Positions 12,509 through 28,025 of a DNA stretch of 64,000 bases are shown here, in pieces. The position numbers were made by a program, and so were the translations under genes. Source of the stretch: Nageia nagi (lineage: Eukaryota > Plantae > Pinophyta); contig JBITNC010000001.1 in assembly GCA_050084985.1 (NCBI GenBank), forward strand, positions 43,524,001-43,588,000, read 5' to 3'. Each line of letters starts with the position of its first letter. Within the stretch, counting starts at the first letter, position 1. The notes beneath the pieces were generated by a model. That model saw only the letters and a list, made by a program, of their open reading frames with translations, was not told the origin of the DNA and searched no databases.

Positions 12509-12904
12509 TTAAGACTCTCATGATGTCTTCCCTTACCACTCCATTGGAGGTCGAAGGTAGATGTGACTCTAAGAGGAGTAAATGAACTTTCATTAAAATA
12601 GAAAGAACCTAAAGTAATTTATCGGGGTACTAGTTAGTTAGGTCATCAAAAGGTAAATTAATTTGGGAGGTTTCATTTTCATATTAATACTTTCGTGTGA
12701 TGAGTAGGCTCTTGCTTTATTTTGGTAATTTAATTCATATTAAAACTCTCATGATGTCTACCCTTACCACTCCATTGGAGGTTGAAGGTTGATGTGACTC
12801 TAAGAGGGGTACATGAACTTAATTTAAGCAAATATACATACATTTAATGGCTTATTACATGTTTTCCCTTACCATTCCATTGGAGATCGAAGGTTGATGT
12901 GACT
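12509..12904. repeat. Three dispersed copies of a ~45-80-bp motif in the 5' leader of B
   Basis: cccttacca(c/t)tccattggag(g/a)t(c/t)gaaggt(a/t)gatgtgact within 12509-12589, 12740-12820 and 12858-12904. Confidence 0.9.
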
Positions 12905-13700
12905 AGTGAGAAGAGAGAATTAATCTCACACTAATACTTCCACAGCTGGAAGGGTTAATGAATCTCACTTAATTTGGTAATGAACTTCACTAAGATTTTA
13001 AAATGAATTTTGGGGTATCTTAGAATAAGATTCACTTAATTGAAACATTATGTGTCACATTAAAAGATAAGATAATTATTGAACATGTATGATTGGGAGG
13101 GATAGGTTGCATAATCATATAGACTTTACTTTTCTAGATGCATATTCATAATACCTATTTAAAATAAACATAAATGAGTTGGATTTCACCATCAACCATT
13201 AACTCTTTCATTCTATATCCACCAATCATATCTATAAACCTTAGAGCCAAAACTTAGAGATGAATATCGAGTTCATAGGGTAGAAGTCATCACTTCTTAC
13301 CATATGACTATAAAAAAGGGGTCAAACTTGGATTTCATCACCAAGGTAGACCTTAGTAACATTCCCCTAGCCCCATTGCACTAAGGGGACCACTTTAAGT
13401 ACCATGCCAAGACTTCACCATAGCTATCTGTTTAAGATTACTTGCCTACATTTTTAAACACTTGATTAGACTCACACATTTAGGAAAACTAAAAAGATTA
13501 AAATTAACACTTTTATTTTATACATTTAATTATATTAAATATAAATGAAGCAAACTATTTAATTAAGAAAAACACATTGTAAATTGCATTAATCATATAG
13601 GTTGTTTGTGCATCCTTTATTTTCCTGCAAACATAAATGTAAAAAGATGAGAAATATGGTTAATGTGCATTGTTTGTGTTTTATATACTAAGTAAAAATA

Positions 13701-16700
13701 ATGGTCCAAACTCGTTCGCATAGAGCTCAACAAGAACGAGAACAAAAATAAGAACATTATTTACCTTAGGATACGCAAGTAGAGGTTGAACAAGAATTAT
13801 AAGAATAAGAAACTATGTTTGAACTAGGAGAAAGTAGCAATCTACCTAGTCAACCTCCTTCATCATTACCTATACAACATTATATAGAATATAAACCAGT
13901 AATTAGATAGCCATATCTTGATACAATAACTCAAATTTTAGCATATAAAATGGAAGAATAATTGCCTGATATTCCATAAGAAAATATAAATATTATACCT
14001 TTTGATATAGTATCTTCAAGACTTGAGCTTGATTTTACATTAGAATAAGCTAAGGAACATTTAACACATTTACAAATCCCTCCCCCTTCTACACATACTC
14101 ATAGTCTTCTTCCACTTGGAACACATTATCAGTTAAAAGAGTTACTATTAGAGAAGAATTTTGATTAGAACTTGATAAATTAGCTGCATATTCATACATA
14201 CACATGTTCAGCTGATCCTAACTTTACAACATGAATCTTTTAGAATAAAGTATATATGAGTGAGGAAATATAAGCTTGATGAAACTTTTGATTTTACATA
14301 CATCAGAAGATTTGATTATCCCCTTTAGATGATGACATAGGAATGGAAGGTAACATTGATAGTGTGTCTATACATACTGGTAGCCCTATATCGCAAACTC
14401 TAGAAGGATTTAATGTTAATTATAATCCCCTTGTATAAATAATTCCTAACATTGTACAATAATCACAAATTCCAATAACTACGATTCCGCTTCCTTAAGG
14501 GTCACTTACAATGACTAAATCGTAGTTTCAAATACCAAAAATTCCTCCATATATGCATATACCTAGTAGTACTTTACCACAAAACATACCTATCTCTAGA
14601 GAAGAGTATCAATCAAGTGTACTTGACCCTAGTTAGATTATACAATAATAATAAGAACCTCAAAATTTTATTGAGAGACATCAACATCTTAACATAAATG
14701 TACAACTTCCTAAGCCATCCATAAATGTTCAACCTAATCTTCAAACGCAATTCATGCCTCAAGTTTAACCAACTTTAGGTATACCTCAATAAGTAATAAA
14801 TTTGATTGTATCTCAAGTTCAATACACTTTAGGGATGCCTCAAAATATGCCTATTCAATACGTACCTCAAATTCAATATCCCTTAAGTATGCCATAGCCG
14901 TTGTAGGTGGTAGCACCTTTACAAATACAATCCATGCTTGAAGTTACACCTAAAGCACAAATTCTACAAGATAACCTATTCAAATATGAGGAACCACTAG
15001 TGCAACACAAAAAGGAAAACAAATTGAACAACAAAGTCAAATTAGCATTAGCCAAAACATAAACCTTGTTCAAACTAAAATATAACCATTGACCCCAAGG
15101 TAAAAATACAAACTACCAATCCTCCAACACAAGTACAAGGTATGCAACAAAGTTATCCAATGTTTTATCAACAATAAAAACCATAGGTTAGACCCTCAAA
15201 GTATCAACCCTTTTACCAACCATTTCAACTATAAATTACTCCTTGGAATTATCAAAATGTTTATCTTTAGGTTCAACTTGTCTTCAATCAACAAGGAATG
15301 CAAATACCTTTTCAAATGCAATAACTTTCACAACAAATAGTACATTATGGTGGAAATTATTATCAAAATACAATTCTAGTAACTCAACAGTATAATGTTT
15401 CTCAAGGTTATCAAGAAGAGAATATTCCTAAAAATATAGATAACCAAGAAGAAACATATCTAGATAAAGAAGAACCTCCTGTTCAAAAAGAAGATATTCC
15501 ATCTATTGATGATAACACCATTACTAAATGATTAAAAGAAATAGAAGTGGCATTGCTTATACAAGACAAGAAAAATTTGACTTATGAAATAATTTATAGT
15601 GAACCCATACATCCTACAAAAGATATACCTTATAAATTTGAAATATCGAAGATTGAACCATTTAAGGAAAAGGAAGATCCTAAAAAGCATTTGCAATGCT
15701 TCAAATATTCAATTTATTTAATAGCTAATGATGATACATTGATGTTACGTGTCTTTCCCATGATGCTTGTTGGACAAGCCATGAATTGGTACAATAATTT
15801 ACCTGAACACAACATTAAATCATACTCACAATTGGAATACCTATTTTTACAACATTTCAAAATTAATGTTAAGGATAAAACATCTATTACTGACCTTACA
15901 AGGTTACAAGAATTTCCAAACAAATCTATTAGTGATTACATTTCATGTTGGAGAGTTATTTTGACTAGTATGCCTTACACATTACCCCAAGAGAAGTTAG
16001 TTAAACTATTTAGTCAAAGCTATTCAAGGCCTATAGCAAGCATGTTGATTATGTAGTAGAATAAAATGTTTGAGGATGCCATTGCCTAATCATTTGTTAT
16101 TAAAAGAGTAAAAATTCAAGATAAAGAAATAAAAGGAAGTGTGAAGGATATACAAGGAATAAACCTCAAATAGATAAACCTTTACTATCTAATAAAGTTT
16201 CTATGGAAAATGATAATGAACCAAAACAAGCTCAAAGGAATGATAAATAATATAGTATTAGATGAAAATATACATCATTATCAAAATCCCTTTATGATAT
16301 CTTAAGAAAATTATTAGATCATAATCGAATTACCTTACCAGAAATAAGACCTGAAGATCAACAAAATAAAGAAAGTAAATGGTATAAGGGGAATGAATTC
16401 TATCATTACCACCATAATAAAGGCCATGACACTAACAAATGTAGAAATTTGAAAAACATAATTCAGGATTTGATTAAAAATGGAACATTAGAAATAGACA
16501 ATCCTGTAACAACCCCAAATCAAAATTTGGGCATCTATAAAAATCCTCTACCACATCATAATGTTAATACCATCATGATAGCAACATTTGAAAATCAAAG
16601 AATAGATAAATAAAATTTGGATAGCATAAGTCATATTTCTATGATTAGTGTTGCTACTAGAGCTCAAAAAGCATAAGGAAAACAAAATGATAAATCAAAT

Positions 16701-17450
16701 AATCAACAAGAAAAAGTTCATGTGAAACCTCACATACCTAGATCGCAACATCCTAAAGTTTCAGTAAAAGGTGCACTTCAACATCAATTACAAAATACAC
16801 TAATAAAATTATCATTATTTGATTTATTATAACAATCAAAATATCATAGAGATGCCATGAACCAAATTATTCAATGCATTGAGTTAGATTTAAATGATCC
16901 TGAAAGTTTTGCAACATTAGTTGTTAACATAAAACGAATTCAAAAACCTTCCATAACCTTTTATGATCATGAAATAAAAGAATGGAAAGGAGCATCATCA
17001 AGACTTGATCCTCCATTACACATTATGGCCAATGTCGATGGTAAAATATTTAAAAGAATACTTATTGATGAAGGTTTGGCTATCAACATCATCTCAATAG
17101 CTACATTTAAAAATCTTAATATTCCATTTTCTCATATTAATGCTCCTATAGTAAATTTAAAATCATTCAATAATGCCCTTTTCCCAATTGTGAAAATGAT
17201 ATTACTACCCATTACAGTGGGTCCTAAAATAGTGCAAATGGTACTACAAGTCATTAAAGGTGAGATTACATAATACAATATCTTGTTAGGAAGGCCTTGG
17301 ATTAAAGATATGCATTGTGTTCCTTCTACGTATCACAATTGCATTATATTTATTCATGATAGAGTTGTACATTGTATATCTAGAGATGATAACCCCTATT
17401 CTCATTGCAATACTACATATATTCTACACATTATTACCTTCGACACATTT
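13701..17450 (+). pseudogene. Element B gag and protease
   Basis: MVQTRSHRAQQE start, Q/P-rich linker, capsid (DPKKHLQCF..DDTLMLRVFPMMLVGQAMNWY), Ogre-type knuckle YHYHHNKGHDTNKCRNLKNIIQDLI (~16400), and protease ILIDEGLAINII...[16 protein letters not shown]. Many stops. Confidence 0.9.
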
Positions 17451-18499
17451 TTTTATGACATCGATAGCAAATAATAAACCTTCCATAAATAATGTAGAAA
17501 TGAATTCATCAAATAGTATAAAAGTAAATCAGATTATTGATAAACATGAATCCATTGATAATAATATGACAAATGCTAAGAAATAATTTTTTTAACTTGA
17601 ACCAATAGTATAAGAACAAAAATATCGAAAGAAGAGGGAACATATGTTAGACAATTTAAATCATGCCTCTTGTTCAAAAGATTCACCACAAATCAATGTT
17701 TTTACTCAGAAAGAAATGAATAAGTCACTGGACATTTATCTTGTAACCATTAAACTATCTAATTTAGGTATGGGAGATTATGATATTAATGATATAATAT
17801 TTAATATCCCTTTTGCTCAAGAAATTGGAAGACCACATGAAGCTCCTAGTGTAATAGGATAACTGGTACCTTTAGGGAACAAATCTAATCATACTTTATT
17901 TGTATATGTGAGTATCGATAAACCTATTCCCTCTTTGTTACCTAAACATAGTGAGGGTACTTTTTGTAATTATTTAAACTATTTGACACCATTCGTACAA
18001 TATTTCATCCAAAGGTATTTCCTTATATTCTAATGGAAAGGATGTGGTCTAGGTTGGTATGAATAAGGACCTAGTATGTAATTGATATTCATTATCAAAT
18101 GTCCATAGACAAAATAGGATTGGGATATGTAAAAAATAATAAATGAAATATGAAAGTTAAAATAGAATCTGAACATACAATATATGAGAAACCATATTAT
18201 GAATATGAAGACAATGTTGATTATGTTGATACTAAATCAGATGTATCAATACCTGAATACCTATTTAGCAAATTTTTGATTGATATGGTTCAAATTGTTG
18301 AAATATACAACTTTGTAATAAATGAGAACACTATGGATTTCACATTCATATCATGAAATCCTATAGTGCATGAGTTTAAAAATATAAATACTATATGTTG
18401 GATACAAAATCCTATGGTTAATAATGTAACTCTAGTTAAGCAAAACCTTGGAGAGGACGAGGAATATGACATAAGCAATAAGAATTGGATTCCTATACC

Positions 18500-21400
18500 A
18501 AGTCAACTAGAAGATAAATCACAAATTTTAATTGAAGAAACCATTGATTCCAACCTTAGTGATGATCCTCGCAACCTGAAAATTATGCAATTAGGAAAAT
18601 ACTTGATAGAAAAAGAAAGAAAAACATTCATATCTATCCTTAAGTAAAAATAAGAAATATTTGCATGGTCATATGCTGATATGACTGAGATAGATACAAA
18701 TCTAGTTGTGCATAATTTAGGAATCAAAGAAGGTGTACAACTTATTAAACATAAATTATGAAAAATGTTCCCTACAATAGCTCTCATGGTAAAATAGAAA
18801 TTGCAAAAATTACTAGAAGTTAAGTTTATTCAACCCATCAACTATTTAGATTGGATCTCAAACATGGTTCCTATAAAGAAATCTAATGGGAAGATTCAAA
18901 TTTGTACTAACTTAGAGATATAAATAAGGCTTGACCAAAATATGATTTCCCACTTCCTAATATTGATACTTTAGTGGATTCTATTATAGGACATGAGATG
19001 CTTTCACTCATGGATGGCTTGTTTGGGTATAATTAGATAAGAGTTGCTACGAATGATTAACATAAAATAACATTCATTACACCTTGGGGAATATTTTGTT
19101 ATAAGGTCATGCCCTTTAGTTTGAAAAATGCAAGGCAACCTATCAAAGAGATATGACATATATCTTTCATGATTACATGCATGATATTGTGGAAGATTAT
19201 GTGGACGATTTACTAGTCAAATCTAAAACTAGACAAGAACATCCTACAGTATTACATGAAATCTTTGATATACTAATAGAACATAAAGTTAGATTAAATC
19301 CAAAGAAGTGTGTCTTTGGAGTAACTTCTAGAAAATTATTAGGATTCATAGTATCAAGATAAGGAATTAAAGTAGATCCTAATAAAATTAAAGCAATTAT
19401 TGATATGCCTCCACCTTCAAATATAAAACAACTACAAAGTTTACAAGGAAAATTACAAGTAATAAGATGATTTATTGCATAATTATAAGATAAATGTAAA
19501 CCATTTAATAAATTGTTAAAAAAGGTCATTATCTTTAATTGGGGAAAAGAACAACAAGATGCATTTAAAGATATAAAACAATATTTATTATCACCACCTA
19601 TGTTAAGTCCCCCCAAAGAAGGAATACCTTTTTTTGCTATACTCATCAGCTACTGAAACCATGTTAGAAATTATGCTTACTTAGAAAAATGATACTAATA
19701 AGGAACAAGTCGTATACTATCTTAGTCAAACTTTAGTTGATTACGAAATAAGATATGTATATATGGAAAAACTATGTTTGGTAATGGTTTTTGCCACTAA
19801 AAAACTTAGACACTACATACTGAATCATACCACGTATGTTATTGCAAAAGCTGATCCACCTAAATACATGATGAATAAAACATACCAAAACACTAGAACA
19901 TCTAAATGGATCATGCATTTGACTGAGTTCAATTTGTAATTTATTAATCAAAAGGTAATTAAAGGAAAAGTAATAACTGATTATCTTGCGGAAGCTCCTT
20001 TACAGGATGATAAAACCATTAACATAGAATTACCCAATGAAAACATATTCCAATTAGATGAAATAGAAATTCCTATTGAATTAGAGGATGATTGGAATAT
20101 GATAATTTATTTTGATGGATCCCAATGTGAACAAGGAGAGGGTTCTGGTATAGTCTTTGTTACACCACAAGGTATACCTATTTTGTATTCATTTATACTT
20201 GATTTTTCTTGTACTAATAACAATGTAAAATATGAACCATTGATATTAGTTTCAAAAATTGCCCTTAAGTTAAAATTAAGAAAAGTAAAATTCATTGGAG
20301 ATTCACTATTAATAGTCAATCAAATCAAATAAATTTTCCAATGTAAAGAACCTTTACTTTAGAAATATAAACACATAGCTGAATCATTATTGAAAACTTT
20401 TGAAAAATACAAAATTGAAGTAGAACCTAGGTTAGAAAATAGATTTGCTGATGCTATGGCATCAATTGGATAGTTAATATCTCAAGATCCTCATCGTAAA
20501 AGTATCCATATTGAGGTAGTTCAATTAATAGAATCTACTTTAGAGATAAACAAATATACATACAAAATTTTTGACATCACTATAGAGACTAAAAATGCAC
20601 GGCATAATCAATTAGTAAAATTCTTACGAGATGGGGTTTTACCTATAGACTTGATAAAATCTACCTTAAGAGCATTTAAACTAAAAGCTTCTTGGTATTG
20701 TATGTTAGGTAACATATTGTATTGTAGAGGTTTTGATGGAGTCTTGCCTAGATGTCTAGGATTGGTAGATTCTTATATTGCAATCTCATGTAAACATGAT
20801 GGGATATGTGAAGGCCATTTTAGTGGCCTAGCTATAACAAAATGTTTAATGTGCATGGGATATTATTGGTATACTATGGAACTAGATTATGTTGAGTATG
20901 TTAAAAAGTGCTTTAAATGCCAACAACATGCTCACTTATATGTACAACCATCTCAAGCATTACAACATATGCAGTTTCTATGGTCATTCTTGTGATGGGC
21001 ACTAGATCTTATAGGAAAAATATCACCTAACTCATCTAGAGGTCATAAATTCATAATCATAGCTACTGAATATTTTACAAAATGGGTCAAAGCTATTCCT
21101 ATGATTTGGAAAAAAGTCCTAAGATAGCCAAATTCATTGAACATCATCTTATTTATCATTTTGAAATTACTTCTCAACTTATCATAGATAATGGAAAGAA
21201 ATTTAAAAATAAAGAGGTGTTAGCCTTTTGTAAAGGATATCACATTCGAATTAGTTTTTTGACACCATATTATCCATAGGGAAATGGTCAAGCTAAAGTG
21301 ATAAACAAAACTATTAGAAGTATACTAATTAAAATAGTAAATAATTCTCATAGAGATTGGCATATTAGAATTCCTCATTCTTTATGGGCCTATTGAACAA

Positions 21401-21810
21401 GTATTAGAACTCCTACTGGGTCAACCCCTTTCTCATTAGTTTATGGATATGAAGCTATATTACCTTTAGAAAATGAAATACCTTCTTTACACATAGCACT
21501 ACAAGATTATATAACCAATGAAGCTGCTCGTAGAGAATGGGTAGATCTACTACTACTATTATATGAGTAATGAATTCATGTGTTAGAACATATTAAAACA
21601 TATCAAAATTGCATCAAGAGGGATTTTGAAAAAAAGACTAAAATTCATGAATTTCAAATAGGAGATCTAGTTTTTAAAGAAAATCAACAAATGTCATGAT
21701 TGGAATGATAATTGCATGATAAATTTGGATCTTATATCATTAAAAAGAAATGTGGTTCTAGTGCCTACCACCTAGCTAATATGGAAGGAAATGAAGAGCA
21801 TGAACCTATA
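18500..21810 (+). pseudogene. Element B pol: RT, RNase H, archaeal-type RNase H, integrase
   Basis: FAWSYADM, DFPLPNID, LMDG, YVDDLL, LNPKKCVFGV (RT); EKLCL..KLRHY (RH); IYFDGSQC..GSGIV..CTNNNVKYE..GDSLL (aRH, 20099-20470); HDGICEGH..C.KCQQH, WALDLIG, DNG, PYYP.GNGQ (INT). Confidence 0.93.
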
Positions 21811-24800
21811 CAACTATTATTAGATTAGCACAACTTACTACATCTAAAATAAGAAATTTTTAACATCTACCCCTTGATATATAAAGATTAATGGTTTTAA
21901 AATATCAACCAAATAAATATGATGGATGGACTATAAACATTAATGATGATACCATTGAAATAACCATAAGAAAATCCATGTATTATGTAGGTTATTAGCA
22001 TTACCATGCTCAAATTGAAAAAATAAATTGGATGTGTCTTTGTTGGCCTGTGTTAGCTCCAATATTGATACTTGATTGTACTTTTAATAATTGGATTTTG
22101 GAACTAGCACATACCTTTCTGCAAAACATGATAATCTTTTTTTATTGGGAAAATCAAATTGCGGGAGATTTATATCATCACAAAATGATATATAATTTTA
22201 CTAATTCATTTATTCCTAAACCTAGACAAACAAAACATCTAAACCAAAAACTTAATCAAAGGTTTTCTTGCACTAAAACAAGGTTTCATGATTCTTTCTC
22301 ACGTAATCAAATGATACACATTTCAACATCAAGAGAGTCAAAATGTTATCCAAATACATAGTTTCAGATTGATAGATAAACCAAGATGTTATTGATAGAT
22401 ATTAGGGAGATCGATACATGAAATTGTTATGTAAACATCCTTATAATGAGATAGCTCATGTTCTTGCTATGCCATGAGAAATTTAAGAAGCAATAGCCAT
22501 GTTCTATTTTAATAAATGATAATCTAATGCACGGTTAGTATGAATTGATAAACTCAAATCCATTGTTGAAATTGATGCTAAAAACATATGGATGGAACTT
22601 GAGTCAGAAATGAGTTTAATCCACTTATTTCGTATCCATTAGCCATATTGTAAAGCTAAAATCTTATTGAATTATGTAGAACATATCACACTCAAGTATA
22701 TGGGGAAATCTCTTTCCTTGACTAATGTTGTCAATGATTTAATGATGGAATATAGCACTATTTCGCTAACACATGATGAGATTATATATGACTACATTTC
22801 ACTTTTTAGTAAGTATTATTATGCAAACAATCCATCCAATGTAAAAGAAAGGTTTGAAAGAATGATAAAATGTCTTGAATTACATCAAAAGGTCAAAAAA
22901 AAAAGTATCTTAAACCAATTGAGAGTAAGTATATTTCACACCTACTGAGGAATGTACCATCACCCTCATCATTATCACGCTCTTTCACATTGAAACCATC
23001 TAGTGTAGACACTTCCACAAAATTGCTTGAAATAAACAATAATAATGATGACTTGCTAAAAAAAAAACAAAATGCCTTATTAGGAAGTTTAAAACAAAAC
23101 CAAGGAATTTGTCCTTAACCACATCACCTACACTAATATTTTACCCTATCAAATATCAATCATCTATTCTTGGATCAGGACCTCTACACATTCATTTGAA
23201 ACCTCTATATCATTACGTATTAGGTCATAAAGGTTGGACTATTTATCAAATATCTCTTCTAAAACATCATTCTCAAGTTGTTCATCACATTACATTATGA
23301 AAAATAACAAAAATAATAAAAAACTCACAAAATATAAAAAAATCAAATATTTTCAAAATTCCCAAAAATAATAAAAAATATATAAAAATACATTTTTACT
23401 TTTGTATTATTGTGTGAGTTTTGTGTGAATTCTAAATCTTTCATATTTTGTTACAGATAATTGTGTTTATTTCATCAAATACTATGAATCATCCACATTG
23501 TGTATCTTGCCCAACTAGCCAAATGATGATTTTTTTAAAACATACTACACCTATTCCATGGGAATTACTTTCTCTTCCTATCTCACAATCCCCATGTACA
23601 TTTTTGAGTGATGATGAAGAACATAATGATTTGACGCATGATGTGGATAAAGATCATTTTAATGACTTGCCTGAAATAATACATTACAAGATCATATATA
23701 TGAATACTTGGACAACATTACTCAATCGATTTGATCATGTTTATCATTATTTGCAAGAGTATATGTGGGTAACCATCTCTATGGAATATAATCCATTTTG
23801 GGAAACTTGCATAATTTACAATATACCTGACGAAGAGTTCTTCAACAATCTAGTTCACATGTTGTATCGACACTATTTCATATGGAGACTTGTACTTGAC
23901 ATACATATCACTCCTCTAATGGTATGATTTATTAAACTTTGTGAACCTCCATCATTACATCCTATTGACTATTATGATGAGATCACCATGGCTTACATCA
24001 TGTCTATTCATTGGTTACAGTGGGACTTTATGCTTTCTATGTCTGTGACTCATGATACTACCTAATGGAAATTGAAATATGTTCACACTCATTGTGATTT
24101 CTCTCCTATTTCTCATGATCAACTTCAATTATCCACCAATCAACTTTGATTTTTATAAAAAAAATCCAAAAATCCTAAAAATTTGAATATTAAAAAATAA
24201 AAAAAATATATACATATATATATATATTATAGTATCTTATATTATCTACACTCAGAAATATATTTATTTCTAAAGCATCTTGGCCATTGGGTGTGTTGCC
24301 CTATGTGTTCCATTCCATTTGCACACTTTTCCATGCATTTAAAGTATTATGGTTACTTAGATATCAATTGTTATTTATGGTAACTTATCAAGTTATATGT
24401 ATTCATTCTTGTAACATTCACCTACGTTCTTTACATATATTTGTATTTATGGGTAAATAAGTGTATTGAATATTATATCCATATGTGGTCTTGTTGAAAA
24501 ATCTTATGTTATATTTATATTACTTTGAATGATAAACAAACATAAACATGATACATCCTAATAATATTATGAACTCAATGACACTTATTTCATATTAATG
24601 ATCTTAAAATAATAAAAAGTAAAGTGTTACTTGAGCGTAGTTTGAGTTATTATTCTACCATTCTTTTGCTTCATCCTAAACCCAAAAGATAGGAGTATGA
24701 AAGATTAAAAAAAAATAGAAGCAAAAAATAAATTAGCATTCTTTGGTGATTATAGTATCCTCTATCAGGGCTATGGATGCTTGGCTGGTAGTAGAGCAAG

Positions 24801-26100
24801 GCTGTAGCAGGATGTTGGGGTTAATCTCATTGGGGCTATGGATGCCTAATTGGAAGTGAAGCATACCTTACGGAAGAATATTTATTGGCAAAATTGGCTT
24901 ACTTTATGCTTTGAAACATTTAGTTTGTGAAATTATAGAGAGGAAATAAACATCATTTCTTTGTGAAATTCTAGAGAGGAAATAAAGATCATTGCACACA
25001 CATGAGTTCATAGTGTACTTGAGTGTATTATAACCTTGTTTCATATCATTTTTAGTAAATGAGATTAAAACAAAAATTAATCAATAAAACCATATATGAA
25101 TACACTATTCCATTCTCCTTTATTCATAGTATTCATTCATTATCATCCCTTTATATATTTAATCTTATTATAAACTTTATAAGTTACCATGTATTTTAGT
25201 TGATGTCTGAATCACTAGGATACTTTACATGTTTTGTTCATACTTCACATTATTATCCATACGTTCATGTGATATTTACATTTTATTTTATCCTATCCCC
25301 ATAACACTATTAAATTTTATAACTTTCTTTACTTCATAGGGATCAAGAGTAAGCTATTGCTCTTTCCTTTGATTAGGAAGTTAGTGTTATTTTTCACAAC
25401 ATTCTATTCATTATTCCTAGAATATTATTAAATTTTATAAGCTTTCATTATTTATAAGATCAAGAATAAGCAATTGTTCTTCCTTTAAAATTGAGAGTCA
25501 ATATTATTTTCCTATTACCATACATAATCATGTTCAATTCATAATCATTATTATGTGCTATACCAGTAAGTTATGTGAGAAACTTGTGTATAAGTAGCCA
25601 AGAAATGGTAAGTGATACATCTGATTCCATACTAATATAAATAAAATATGTTCCATACATATAAGTATTTTTGACATACATTGAAAAGTTATTATAAACA
25701 TGCATTATTTACATTCATAAGAAACATCTATTAAACATTTAAACATCCATCATTAAATGTTAATACAACTATCATTCATAAAAGTTAGTAGCAAAACATA
25801 GGTCTATATATAAAAATTATTAATTTTATATATATAACCACACACAACACAAACAAATGTGTCTGATATAAAAACTCATCAAAACATGAAACACATATAT
25901 TATATAAACATCAAAACAAAAATATATATGACAACATTATCATATCAAAAAACATCAACATAATCATCAAAAAAACATCAACATATCTAACATCATCATT
26001 AAAACATACATGTAAAATTGTATCATGCCCTCCATGATATCAAAAAATATACATCAACATATATGAACCATCAAAGTCTAAACAACATAAAACTAGGGCA

Positions 26101-28025
26101 TCATCTTGAACTACCCTCACCACCATTTGTGGGACTCCCTACTCTATTGGCTATGCCTTGACCAAGATGAGTAGTGCCAATAGAACCAGTAGGACTCATT
26201 GGTTGAGTATCCATATAAAGATCTAAAGAACCAATTGGATATTGAGATGATACACCATCAATCATCAATATGACTACATGAAGTAGCAAGTCTAGTCCTT
26301 CTCCCCTATGTAGTAGTTGTCTCCTATGACCCACTCATTGTCTAAAAAGCTAAGATTTTTACTAGAACATAGGATGCCAAAGGAATTGGGTAGATAACAT
26401 TGGGAACAAATGGAGAAACACCAATCAACCATGTTTATACAAGATAAGTGTGATAGCATATCTATTGGATAAGACTCTATATAAAAGTTGATGGGTAATT
26501 GACACTCATTGATGAGCTAGCTCCTCCACCCTATAAAGAATCTTGTGCATCATCTCTCTCTCATCTATATATATCCCTCTCTACCCTATACATCTAAGCT
26601 CTCAATTGGGACACCTAATATTGTAGCTCATAAATATCACCCATTAACACATCCACACTAGGTACCTATGGTGGAGGATCCTAACCTCCTCTTGCTACTA
26701 CTATAGGCTCAAAATCCTTACCCTAACCATTGGTATCCTTAGGCTCATCCATCACCTACTCCCTTGTTGGCTCATTAGCTATATCTCTAACCTCAACTAC
26801 TATATCTTAAGCATGTACCCTCTAATGCACATGACATCCTTCGTGTCACCACTAGTGTCACCCTCTAGCTTGACCTACCACTAGGCTATGAATGCCTCAA
26901 TGGTCCCCACATCATCATCCTTAGAGTTCTCACCCAACATATCCTCCTATGTTAGGTCTATCTCTACATAAACTAGGGGCTAATTCCCCTCTACACAATC
27001 ACCTCACCCTCTCTAAAAATTATAATGGAGTAGGTGGAACATCCTGTACTAAACCCATCTAGTGTTGCACTCAATCAAAATAAAAATACTCTAAAAAATA
27101 TGTACATCATCTACTGAGAACCCTAGCCTATCTAATACCAGTAAATTGGACTACAAGCTCATCCTAACTAGGGAAAGGTGGTATGGTGGCTTGAACCTGA
27201 CCTAGTCTACTACCAGGTACGATAACAAATGGTAATAATAAGTGACATTGTGATGGATTCCATATGAGGGATGTGAATAGAAATCATATTTCCATCATAG
27301 TATGCCAACTAAATGTGTAAAATGTGTCTCAAATCCTAGCATCGAGAGTCCATGAGGGCAAGCCATTTGAATGTGTTCATAAGCCCATGCCTGTAGAGTA
27401 ATGGTGACTGACAAAGATGCATGATCACTAAAGAATAGAAAAATAGCTCCCTATAAATCTAGGCCAAGAGTGTAAGATCCCAAAATAAATAGTACCATGC
27501 TCAAGCATGTTGAAACCAACATGAAGCAACAACTAGGGGAACTTGCCATTGCTTGTGTTAGGAAGAGCGAAACACTAGATGAGCCCCATCAAGTATGAGG
27601 CTCTCAACAACCTCTGTTGACCACCTTGCCAATATAAAAAATAAGGGAAACCACCAAAAAACATATCCCCTAGAATTTGATCTACAACATCTACTCCATA
27701 AATGGCTAAGATATCAAAACAAATAGACTCTTTATCCATCGCATGATGAATCCTCTACTCCTAAATAGGAAAGGTGATATATATAATGAATGTCCTCCAT
27801 CATAATATTCATCTCCCCTATCGGGATATGGAAGGTCCCAATCATCAAAATACATTGCTTTGAGAGAGTCACCAATAATGGATAATCCCAATGAATATGA
27901 CCCATATAAGGTCCCACTCCAAAACCCACATTGTGAAAAAATGTGTGATCCTTGATAGTCAACAAACCCCTACCATCCTTTAGGATCTTGAGGTATTTGC
28001 CATGGGGCTCAAATATCTCTAAAAC
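26101..28025 (-). pseudogene. Antisense extra ORF of B with plant mobile domain (PMD, MAIN/MAIL-like)
   Basis: LLVTLSKQCILMIGTFHIPIGEMNIMMEDIHYI resembles LLTALAERW..ET.TFHLP.GEMTVTLEDV. TLQAWAYEHI..ACP (~27360-27410) resembles LLQ.WAWEH...RP. A low-complexity tail ends GGEGSSR* at 26101. Confidence 0.8.

Noticed and set aside
24750-25510. Short duplications in the B 3' region (ggggctatggatgc x2, 36-bp and ~125-bp pairs)
   Set aside because: Real, but tandem repeats are ordinary in Ogre 3' regions and I see no further structure.
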